64,000 nucleotides of DNA from the NCBI GenBank assembly GCA_965368975.1, contig CBDUPA010000001.1, positions 320,001 to 384,000 of the forward strand. The letters are read 5' to 3'. The stretch's first letter is position 1. Each line of letters starts with the position of its first letter. This stretch comes from an uncultured bacterium (lineage in GTDB: Bacteria > Acidobacteriota > Thermoanaerobaculia > Multivoradales > JAHZIX01). The notes under the pieces were generated by a model. The model did no database searches and had not been told where the DNA came from. It saw nothing but the letters and a program-made list of their open reading frames with translations. The position numbers were made by a program, and so were the translations under genes. Below, in pieces: positions 36,482 to 44,589 of this stretch.

Positions 36482-37942
36482 TCACGGAGTTTCCTTGCTT
36501 TCCTCGCTTCCCTCGCTTTCCTCGCCGAGTCTCGACATCGCCCGCCAGCGCTCCAGCGGCCGACCGCCGGTCGGCTCCTTCGTGCGCGTCACCAAGTTGT
36601 GTTCGAGCAGCAGAGCCAGGGCGCGCCCGAGCTGCGTCTTGCTGCGGTGGCGGTGGAAGTGGTCGCCGATGTCGCCCTTGGTCAGGCCGTTCGGGTGGTC
36701 GCGCAACAAGCGCAGGATCTCGTCCGCCAGCGGCTCGCCGACGCCGTCGCCGAAAATCCAGCGCGTCGAGCTCTCGCAGTAGCGCCACAGTGCCAGCGCC
36801 GCCGTCAGGTGTACCGCGTCGACCACCGCCGAGCCGTCGAGCAGCGCATAGACACAGGCCAGGCGCATGGTCTGCGCCTCGGCGCGTCCGAGCATGGCGC
36901 CGAGCAGCCCCGGCTTGCCCGCGGACAGCTCGGGATAGACCTCGGCCCACAGTCGCCGCGCCTCGGTGCTGCGCCGCATCTCGCCCGTCTGGCGCCCGAA
37001 GTCCAGGCGCTGGTTCAGCTCGTGCTGTTCGGCGCGGAAGTCCAGCTCGTCCGTCCTGCCGCCCTCAGGCAGGCACTTCGAGCGGCGCACGCAGCACCAC
37101 AGAAAACGGTTGCCGAAGCCGTTGCCGGTCTCCACCGTTTCCAGATAGCGCAGCAGCTCGCCCTTGGTGATGTGGCCGATGATCGAAATGTGCGCGCCGG
37201 TGGCGCGGGCGGGAGAGTTCTTGGTCAGTGAACTGAGCCGGCCGTGGTCCCAGGCATTGCGGATGGTGGCGGACAGCGTGTTACCGTCGCGCTTGAGCAC
37301 GCGCAGCGTGGCGGCGAACTCTGATTCCAGCACCAGCAGCCGCTTGTCCTCGACGCCACCGTCACTCACCACGCTGCGTACTTGTCCCGTCGGCTTGCCC
37401 TTCTCGCGCACCGCCTCGGTCCGCTCGACCGGGTCGCGCACGCTCCAGATCAAGCCCTCGCCCGACGACATCCCCTGCTCGAAACGCTTCTGACTCCAGT
37501 GGGCGTCCGCGACGCGCAGCAGGCGCTTGGCCTGCCCGGCCGAGACGCCCTTGCGCCCTTTCGACGACTTGCCGACCAGGACCGCGAAGAGATTGAAGTA
37601 GTGGCGGTCGGCCTCGACGCGGAAGTGCGCGCCGTGCCCGATCGCGTTGCCGTACATGACCAGGAACTGCACCAGCACCGCCGCTGGGTCCGCTTCCGTG
37701 TGCGGCTCCAGCTTGCGCACATAGCGTCCGGCCAGTCCGTACATCGCGGCGTCGGGCAGCGTCGGCCAGGGTTGTAACTCGGGCAGCAGGAACGGCTCTC
37801 GCTGCTGTCCCCGGGGTTGGGCTCGAGGGTACTGCTGTCCTCGTTCTTGCTGGTGTCCCCGTTCTTGCTGGTGTCGCCGCGCCTGCAGTGCCGCCAGTCG
37901 CTCGACGGAACTCGAAGCTGGGCTCTTCGAAGAGGCCATCAC
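36482..37942 (-). CDS. DUF3987/YfjI-family P-loop protein (putative replicative helicase) with C-terminal wHTH
   Basis: TEADPAA, LVGKSSKGRKG, SSGEGL, ESEF, IRNAWD, HISIIGHIT, NGFGNRFL and C-terminal GGRP. Confidence 0.8.
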   Translation of the reverse strand: MMASSKSPASSSVERLAALQARRHQQERGHQQERGQQYPRAQPRGQQREPFLLPELQPWPTLPDAAMYGLAGRYVRKLEPHTEADPAAVLVQFLVMYGNAIGHGAHFRVEADRHYFNLFAVLVGKSSKGRKGVSAGQAKRLLRVADAHWSQKRFEQGMSSGEGLIWSVRDPVERTEAVREKGKPTGQVRSVVSDGGVEDKRLLVLESEFAATLRVLKRDGNTLSATIRNAWDHGRLSSLTKNSPARATGAHISIIGHITKGELLRYLETVETGNGFGNRFLWCCVRRSKCLPEGGRTDELDFRAEQHELNQRLDFGRQTGEMRRSTEARRLWAEVYPELSAGKPGLLGAMLGRAEAQTMRLACVYALLDGSAVVDAVHLTAALALWRYCESSTRWIFGDGVGEPLADEILRLLRDHPNGLTKGDIGDHFHRHRSKTQLGRALALLLEHNLVTRTKEPTGGRPLERWRAMSRLGEESEGSEESKETP

Positions 37943-38817
37943 CCACCCTCCAGCCGCCGCAGCTCGCGGCCGGCGATCGACTCGATCGTGCGCACCGTCT
38001 CTCGCTCCGGCAGCGGCGGCGTCAGTTTCACCCGTGCCCAGCAGTACGCCAGCTCCGCCGCCGTATCCGCCGGTAGACAGCGAAACAGCAGTCCTGACAC
38101 CTCCGCCAGCGTCTGATTGCGCCGTCCGCGCGGCACCGGTCGCGCCAGCGTCGCCCGCCAGTCGCGCCGCCGGTGTCCACTTTGCGGACCTCCCTGCACC
38201 TCGACCGCGCTCGTCGAATCACCGCTCGTCGAATCGCCACTCGTCGAATCACCGCGCAGCAGCTGCACGAGCCACGTCGGTGCCGGCGCGATCGCCCCGT
38301 GCGTCAACGGCACTTGCCAGCGGTAGCGCGCCCCCGACGGATGTACGCTCGGCGGCGCCAGCACGTAGCCGCCGTCAGCCCGCACGTCGAGCCCGGGCAG
38401 CAGGCCCACGCGATTGCGCGCCCCGTCCGCCAGTCGATACCAGAAGTGTGCCCCGCGCGCCGTGTGCGCCTGCGCCGTCGCCGGCAACTCGTGGTCCAGC
38501 GCCGCCAGCTGCTGCCAGACCTCCGGCGAGTCGAGATCCAAGACCAACAATCCCGGCGGAATCGCCAACCCGATGTTCGCCGTCGGCCAGCGTCGCCACC
38601 ACGCCTCCACCTCGTCCACGCGTGTGCTCGCGTCCTTCACCCCGTGCGCCGTCAAGGGCGCCTTCGCCCGCGGTCGCACCGGCAGCACCGCCCACCCCTG
38701 GCGAGCATAGGCCGCCGCCTGCGCAGCCAGCTCGTCGCGTCGAGGCGGTGTTTCCGCTGTCACCCCGCTAGCTGGCCGAGGGGGATTCCGTGATAGGTGT
38801 GCTGGCATTTGTTTCAT
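37939..38817 (-). CDS. Bifunctional DNA primase/polymerase (Prim-Pol) with PriCT-like C-terminus
   Basis: GWAVLPV...KAP, WPTANIG, LVLDLD, TARGAHFWY, DVRADGGYVLAPPSVHPSG, GRRNQTL and PPLPERE. 4-bp overlap with the DUF3987 gene. Confidence 0.9.
   Translation of the reverse strand: MKQMPAHLSRNPPRPASGVTAETPPRRDELAAQAAAYARQGWAVLPVRPRAKAPLTAHGVKDASTRVDEVEAWWRRWPTANIGLAIPPGLLVLDLDSPEVWQQLAALDHELPATAQAHTARGAHFWYRLADGARNRVGLLPGLDVRADGGYVLAPPSVHPSGARYRWQVPLTHGAIAPAPTWLVQLLRGDSTSGDSTSGDSTSAVEVQGGPQSGHRRRDWRATLARPVPRGRRNQTLAEVSGLLFRCLPADTAAELAYCWARVKLTPPLPERETVRTIESIAGRELRRLEGG
38209..38253. repeat. 3 x 15-bp in-frame repeat (GDSTS) in the Prim-Pol linker
   Basis: GCTCGTCGAATCACC-type units at 38209, 38224 and 38239. 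Confidence 0.85.
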
Positions 38818-39186
38818 TGCATGGGTCTCCAATTTTGCGTGCTCGCTGGCTGATTTCTATCTACAGCTTACATCGTAAAAGGATCTTGTGGCAATTCCTT
38901 AGTTCTCTTTCACGGAAAATTGATCGCTGATGAGCGTAGTCGGAGTATCCTGTGATGGGTTGCGGATGGGATTGCCGTGGCACTCAAGGCTGCCTTGGTG
39001 CAATTGTTTGTAGGGCGGTGTTGCCGCTCGATCCTCGAATCCCACCTCCGCGCTGTGGCACTCTCCGGACGTTCGGCCAGAGTTTCACTCTGCGCTAGAG
39101 GTGTGCGCTGCGTGCCGCGGCCGGGGTAGGGGAGCACCGCACTTGAGCGCCGCCTCGTTGCTGTACACTTTGCACAGAAGGTCGCA

Positions 39187-39414
39187 GTGCCAGCCAAAGC
39201 AACAGCAAGCCACGATTACCAGCCCCAGTTCGTCACCAACGAAGATGGCGAACGGACGGGTGTTCTCTTGTCGCTCGAAGCGTACACGGAGCTGCTCGAA
39301 GATCTGGAAGACTTGGCCGTCATCGCGGAGCGGCGGTCCGAGACGCCCGTGGCTCATGAGGAAGTGGTGGCTCGGCTGAAGGTAGATGGCCTCCTATACC
39401 GGCGGCTGCGCTGA
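39187..39414 (+). CDS. Small antitoxin-like protein (Phd/RelB-like), no adjacent canonical toxin
   Basis: QFVTNEDGERTGVLLSLEAYTELLEDLEDL...HEEV pattern typical of small type II antitoxins. Confidence 0.65.
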   Translation: MPAKATASHDYQPQFVTNEDGERTGVLLSLEAYTELLEDLEDLAVIAERRSETPVAHEEVVARLKVDGLLYRRLR

Positions 39415-39498
39415 GATCCGGCAGGCGGTGGATGCCGGCCAGTTGAAGTGCAGGGCGGCACTGTGGCATTCTCCCGATGTCTTTTCTGTGCGAATACC

Positions 39499-42204
39499 AT
39501 GTCGGATTCTTCCTCCAACGGCGAATCTCCGCCGCGCGTCTTCATCAGCTACAGCTGGGATTCCGACGCGCACAAGGAGCGGGTATTCGAGCTGGCGGAG
39601 CGCTTGCGTGATCAAGGTATCGACGCGCAGCTCGACCAGTACGAGGTAGCACCGCCGGAGAGCTGGCCGAACTGGATGTGGAACCAGGTCGAGGATGCGG
39701 ACTTCGTGCTGGTGGTGTGTACCGAGACGTACCATCGTCGCTTCCGGGGTAAGGAAGGGCCGGGGCGCGGTCAGGGCGCGACCTGGGAAGGCACGATCTT
39801 GACGCAGAGTCTTTATGACGCTGGGAGTCTCAACACCCGCTTCGTGCCGATCGTGCTGTCGGGCGAAGACACGGAGCACATCCCGCTCGTCCTGCGTGGG
39901 GCGACGCGCTACCAACTGGATCGGGACTACGAGAAGTTGTACCGGCATCTCACGGATCAGCCCGAGTTCGTCAAGCGGCCGTTGGGCCCAGTCAAACAGT
40001 TACCAGTCAAGCAGTTACCAGTCAGACAGCTACCGGTCAGGGAGCTGCAACCGGGGAACGCCGCGCCGCCACCGACGACGACCGAGCTACAGGCGGCCTA
40101 TGCCGCGAAGCGGGACGCCGTCGCCCGAGGGGACGACACGAGCGACATCGATACCCGCATCCTGCGGCTCAAGCGTGAGAGCCGAGAGGGTAGTCGTCTC
40201 GACCCTGGTGACTTCCTCGCGGCCGGACGCTACGAGTTACTGGAAGTGGTCGGCAGTGGAGGCTTCGCCAAGGTCTGGCGTGCCTACGACCATCAAGATC
40301 AGCTAGCTGTCGCCGTCAAGGTGCTGCACGGTCAGTACGTCCAGGATCGCACACGCCGCGACCGCTTCTTCCGAGGTGCCAAGCGCATGGCGGCGCTGCG
40401 CCATCCGGGGATCGTGCGCGTGCTGACCGACAGAATGGAGGAGGACGGGCACCACTTCTTCGTCATGGAGTACGTCGCGGGGGGCGACTTGCGGCGCGCC
40501 GTGCTCGCGGGGCGCATCACCGACGAGACCAGCGCCGTCGAACTGATCGTGCAGGTGAGTGATGCGCTGGCCTACGCCCACGAGCAAGGCGTGATCCACC
40601 GCGACGTCAAGCCGGCGAATATCCTCTTGGAGCCGGGTGGTGCTGCGAAGCTGACCGACTTCGACCTGGTGCGAGCCGAGGGCACCACCGGTGGCACACG
40701 CACCGGGTCCATGGGGACCTTCGTCTATGCCGCGCCCGAGCAGTTGGTCGACGCCAAGAAGGCTGGCCCGCAAGCGGATGTCTACGGCTTGGGCATGAGC
40801 CTGGTCTTTGCGCTGCATGGACAGGACCTGCCACCGACCATGATGCGCGAAGGTGAAGTCATCCTGTCGGGCATCACCTGCTCGGAAAGCGTCAAAGAAG
40901 TCGCGTCGCGGGCGATCGGTTGGCAGCCACACGAACGGTGGAAGAACGTGCGGGAGTTCGCGCGAGCCCTGCAGGCGGCGCGTAGCGGGGAGTCCGTGGT
41001 GGCCGCGAGCCAGCCAGAGCGTTCCGGCTCGACCGAGCATCGGGCCTCCATCTCACCGGCCATCGCATCGGCCGTTATCGGTCACCGGCTGGGGGACCGG
41101 CCTGGTGCGACGCTGGTGTGCATCGGCGGCCTGCACGGCAACGAACCCGCTGGGGTCATCGCCCTGGAGAGAGTTTTTCGAGCCCTCGGTGAGGCGCCAG
41201 CGGATCAGCCCACCGGAGATCTGCACGGCGAGTTCATCGGCCTGCGCGGTCATCCCGAAGCTCTCGCCGCTGGCCAGCGCTTCCTGGAAGTCGATCTGCA
41301 GCACCACTGGCAGCCCAGCCGCGTTCACGCTAGCCGCTTTGGCAAGTTGATCGACAGCCCGGTGCCCGAAGACCGTCAGCTCGACGCGTTGCGCCAGCAG
41401 TTGGAGCTGATCTTCGGCCGCGCCCGGGGGCCCGTCTTCGTGATCGACTTGCACACCACAGGTGGCCCCAGTATCCCTTTCAGCACCATTGCGGACTCGC
41501 TGCGCGATCTGGCTTTCGCGCTGTATTTCCCTGCCCCGATCCTGGCCGAGCCGGAAAGGCAGCTACGCGGCACCTTCACCGACTACGTCGGCAGCCTACG
41601 TCACGCGGCCGTCAGCATCCGGGGCGGGCAGCACGACGACCCCGCCTCTGTCGACCTCCTCGAAGCCGTGATCTGGGTCGCGCTCGAAGAGACCGGTATC
41701 CTGCCGAGCCCGGTACCCCGAGCCGAACAAGGTCGACGTCTCCTCGGCGACCTCGTTGAGGGCTTGCCGCGCATCGTCCAGGCCCGCTACCGCCACGCCG
41801 TGAGTCCGGAGGATGCCTTCGTGATGGAGCCCGGGTACACCAACTACTCGCTGGTCCAAGAGGGCCAGGTCCTGGCGCACGACAAGAACGGTCCGGTGTG
41901 CAGCCCCGCGAGCGGTGTCCTCCTGAAGCCTCTTTACCAGACACAGGGCACCGAGGGCTTTCTCGTGGGGCAAGCCTTCCGCCCCTTCTGGCTGAAGTTC
42001 TCCGCCCTGCTGCGCCGGCTTGGCCTGGACCAGATGGCTCCCTGGCTCCCCGGCGTGCGTGCGCATCCGGAGCTACCCGACTCGCTGGTGGTCGATCAAC
42101 GTCTCGCCCGCTGGTACACGGTCGAGTTCTTCTACCTCCTCGGCTACGGCTTGCACGCCGCCGAAGAGAACCAGCTGGTCTTCGCAGCTAGAAACGTCGG
42201 ATAG
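39499..42204 (+). CDS. SEFIR/TIR-like domain - Ser/Thr kinase - AstE/AspA (M14-like) fusion protein
   Basis: VFISYSWDS...ADFVLVVCTETY (SEFIR). GSGGFAKV, VAVK, HRDVKPAN, DFD and APE (kinase). GGLHGNE and DLHTT (succinylglutamate desuccinylase/aspartoacylase). Confidence 0.85.
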   Translation: MSDSSSNGESPPRVFISYSWDSDAHKERVFELAERLRDQGIDAQLDQYEVAPPESWPNWMWNQVEDADFVLVVCTETYHRRFRGKEGPGRGQGATWEGTILTQSLYDAGSLNTRFVPIVLSGEDTEHIPLVLRGATRYQLDRDYEKLYRHLTDQPEFVKRPLGPVKQLPVKQLPVRQLPVRELQPGNAAPPPTTTELQAAYAAKRDAVARGDDTSDIDTRILRLKRESREGSRLDPGDFLAAGRYELLEVVGSGGFAKVWRAYDHQDQLAVAVKVLHGQYVQDRTRRDRFFRGAKRMAALRHPGIVRVLTDRMEEDGHHFFVMEYVAGGDLRRAVLAGRITDETSAVELIVQVSDALAYAHEQGVIHRDVKPANILLEPGGAAKLTDFDLVRAEGTTGGTRTGSMGTFVYAAPEQLVDAKKAGPQADVYGLGMSLVFALHGQDLPPTMMREGEVILSGITCSESVKEVASRAIGWQPHERWKNVREFARALQAARSGESVVAASQPERSGSTEHRASISPAIASAVIGHRLGDRPGATLVCIGGLHGNEPAGVIALERVFRALGEAPADQPTGDLHGEFIGLRGHPEALAAGQRFLEVDLQHHWQPSRVHASRFGKLIDSPVPEDRQLDALRQQLELIFGRARGPVFVIDLHTTGGPSIPFSTIADSLRDLAFALYFPAPILAEPERQLRGTFTDYVGSLRHAAVSIRGGQHDDPASVDLLEAVIWVALEETGILPSPVPRAEQGRRLLGDLVEGLPRIVQARYRHAVSPEDAFVMEPGYTNYSLVQEGQVLAHDKNGPVCSPASGVLLKPLYQTQGTEGFLVGQAFRPFWLKFSALLRRLGLDQMAPWLPGVRAHPELPDSLVVDQRLARWYTVEFFYLLGYGLHAAEENQLVFAARNVG
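39988..40047. repeat. 4 x 15-bp in-frame repeat (PVKQL/PVRQL)
   Basis: CCAGTCAAACAGTTA-type units at 39988, 40003, 40018 and 40033. Confidence 0.85.
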
Positions 42205-42276
42205 CCGACAGGTTGGTCGGTAGTGGCTCCAGATCCATCTGACCCCTGCTACCGACCCCTGCTACAATCCCGGCCC

Positions 42277-43713
42277 ATGGAAACGCCGCAAAATCCGCTG
42301 CACGAGCGCTACGCTTCCCGCGATATGGCGCGCCTGTTCACCGCCTCTCACCGCTTTGGCCAGTGGCGCCGGCTGTGGGTCACCTTGGCGCGCTGCCAGC
42401 AGGAGTTGGGACTGGCGATCACGGATCGGCAGCTCGACGCGTTGGAGAAGGCAGCGCCGCCGGATCTGGAGCGAGTGGCGGAGCTGGAGCGTCAGACGCG
42501 GCACGACGTGGTGGCGCATTTGCGGCACTTCAAGGAGCAGGCGGACGAGGTCGATGCGGAAAGCGGCGCCGGGGGCATCCTGCACTTGGGGGCGACCAGC
42601 GCCTTCATCACCGACAACACCGACATGCTGCTGTTCCGCGACGCCTTGCGCCTGCTGGAGACGCGGCTGGTGGCGACGATCGGCAACCTGGCGACCTTCG
42701 CGCGTTCCCACAAGGACGTCACGTGCCTGGCTTACACGCACTTCCAGCCTGCACAGCTGACCACGGTCGGCAAGCGGGCCTGCCTGTGGATGCAGGACTT
42801 CGTGATGGATCTGGAGGACCTGCGGCACCTGCTCGACGGCCTGCGCTGCCGGGGCGTCAAGGGGACGACGGGGACGCAGGCAAGCTATGTGGCCCTGTTC
42901 GGCGATGGACAGGATGAGAAGGTCCGGCAGCTCGACCGCCGCTTCGCCGAGCGCTTGGGCTTCGCCGGCAGCTTCGCGGTTACCGGCCAGACCTACAGCC
43001 GCAAGCAGGATTCGCGCATCCTGCACGTGCTGGCGGGCCTCGGCGAGAGCGTGCACAAATTTGGCACCGATCTTCGCTTGTTGCAGGGCGTCGGGGAACT
43101 TTCCGAGCCGTTCGACGAGCACCAGGTGGGCTCGTCGGCGATGGCCTACAAGCGCAACCCGGTGCGTGCCGAGCGGCTGTGCGGCCTGTCGCGCCGGCTG
43201 CTGACGGACAGCCTCAACGGTCCGCTCAACACCGCCACCCAGTGGCTGGAGCGCAGTCTCGATGATTCGTCGAACCGGCGGCTGGTGCTGCCGGATGCGT
43301 TGCTCGGTGCTGATGCGGTGCTGGGGCTGGCCAGCCATATCGCGGCTGGGCTGCGACTGCGGCCGGCGACGATCGCGGCACGGGTGGCGCGCGAGTTGCC
43401 GTTCATGGCGACGGAGAAGCTGCTCATGGAAGCGGTCAAGCGTGGCGGTGATCGGCAAGAGCTGCACGAAGCGCTGCGCGTGCACAGCCTGGCGGCCCAG
43501 GAGGCGGTGGAGCGGGGCGACGCCAATCCATTGATCGATGCCATCCTTGCCGATTCGTCGTTCCGTCTCGAACGCGCCGAGGTCGAGGCATGGTTGCGAC
43601 CGGAAGAGTTCCGTGGTCGCTCGCCGCGACAGGTCGAGGAGTTCCTGGACGAAGTGGTGGAGCCGCTGCTGCGCGGGGCGGAGGCTGCCGACGTCGAGGC
43701 GCCGCGTGTTTGA
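42277..43713 (+). CDS. purB: Adenylosuccinate lyase
   Basis: NPLHERYAS, RHDV, HLGATS, THFQPAQLTTVGKR, GSSAMAYKRNP signature and QWLERSLDDS. Confidence 0.95.
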   Translation: METPQNPLHERYASRDMARLFTASHRFGQWRRLWVTLARCQQELGLAITDRQLDALEKAAPPDLERVAELERQTRHDVVAHLRHFKEQADEVDAESGAGGILHLGATSAFITDNTDMLLFRDALRLLETRLVATIGNLATFARSHKDVTCLAYTHFQPAQLTTVGKRACLWMQDFVMDLEDLRHLLDGLRCRGVKGTTGTQASYVALFGDGQDEKVRQLDRRFAERLGFAGSFAVTGQTYSRKQDSRILHVLAGLGESVHKFGTDLRLLQGVGELSEPFDEHQVGSSAMAYKRNPVRAERLCGLSRRLLTDSLNGPLNTATQWLERSLDDSSNRRLVLPDALLGADAVLGLASHIAAGLRLRPATIAARVARELPFMATEKLLMEAVKRGGDRQELHEALRVHSLAAQEAVERGDANPLIDAILADSSFRLERAEVEAWLRPEEFRGRSPRQVEEFLDEVVEPLLRGAEAADVEAPRV

Positions 43714-44383
43714 TCGGGACCAGCGTCTCGGCCTCCTTCGCCTGGCCCTGCTGTTGACCACGACGCTCGTGCTGCTGGCCCCCTTCGGCTGCGGTGCCAA
43801 GCGCGGCCCGTCGACCATCGCCGAGCTGGCCGAGTTCGAGCCAGGGACCAAGATCGAGAGCGGCGTTGCCTCCTGGTACGGTCACCCCTTCCACGGCCGG
43901 CGCACCGCCAACGGCGAGGTCTACGACATGCACCTGCTGACCGCGGCGCACCAGCATCTGCCGTTCGGTACGGTGCTCCAGGTGGTCAACCGCGACAACG
44001 GGCGTAGTGTCGAGGTGCGGGTCAACGATCGCGGGCCGTTCGCCAAGGGGCGCATCTTGGATCTATCGAAGGCCGGTGCCGAAGCCTTGGGCATGATCGG
44101 TCCCGGCACGGCACGTGTCGACCTCTACCTGGTGTCGCCACCACCGCCCGACGACCGCGTCTACCTGGTGCAGGCCGGAGCTTTCCGTAGCCGGGGCAAG
44201 GCCGAGTCCTTGCAGGGCCGCATCCAGGACGAGTTCCCGCAGCTCGATGTGCGCGTGAACAGTGAAGATGGCTGGCACCGCGTCCACATCGGTCGCTACG
44301 ACGTGCGCTCTCAGGCTGCCGAGCTGGTGCGCCAGCTGAAGCGGGCGGGGGTCGAAGCCTGGGTGGTCGCGGTGGCGCCCTAG
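43706..44383 (+). CDS. rlpA: Septal ring lytic transglycosylase RlpA (DPBB + SPOR)
   Basis: Lipobox FGC, GVASWYG, TANGEVYD, TAAH, VNDRGPF and RILDLS. SPOR motif VQAGAF. Confidence 0.92.
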   Translation: MFDRDQRLGLLRLALLLTTTLVLLAPFGCGAKRGPSTIAELAEFEPGTKIESGVASWYGHPFHGRRTANGEVYDMHLLTAAHQHLPFGTVLQVVNRDNGRSVEVRVNDRGPFAKGRILDLSKAGAEALGMIGPGTARVDLYLVSPPPPDDRVYLVQAGAFRSRGKAESLQGRIQDEFPQLDVRVNSEDGWHRVHIGRYDVRSQAAELVRQLKRAGVEAWVVAVAP

Positions 44384-44589
44384 CTCGACGGGGCCAGAGG
44401 ATGGGGGGAGCGTGGCCGTCTTCTTCGCCCGCGCTTTTCGTGAAGAGACGCAAGGCGTGCTGCAGGTTTTCTTCGCTTGATTGGTAACGCTGCGACGCGG
44501 TGTGTGACTAACCTGAGTCATGGTCTGCTCTTCGCATGTCGCCGAGGGTGGGCTCAGGATGTCCAACTGCGTGGCACGGAGGCCAATCA

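Noticed and set aside
39035-39051. TCGAATCCCACCTCCGC resembling a tRNA 3' end or att site beside the Prim-Pol module
   Set aside because: It lacks the GGT of the T-arm and the CCA end, forms no cloverleaf, and no second copy was found. Too short to support.
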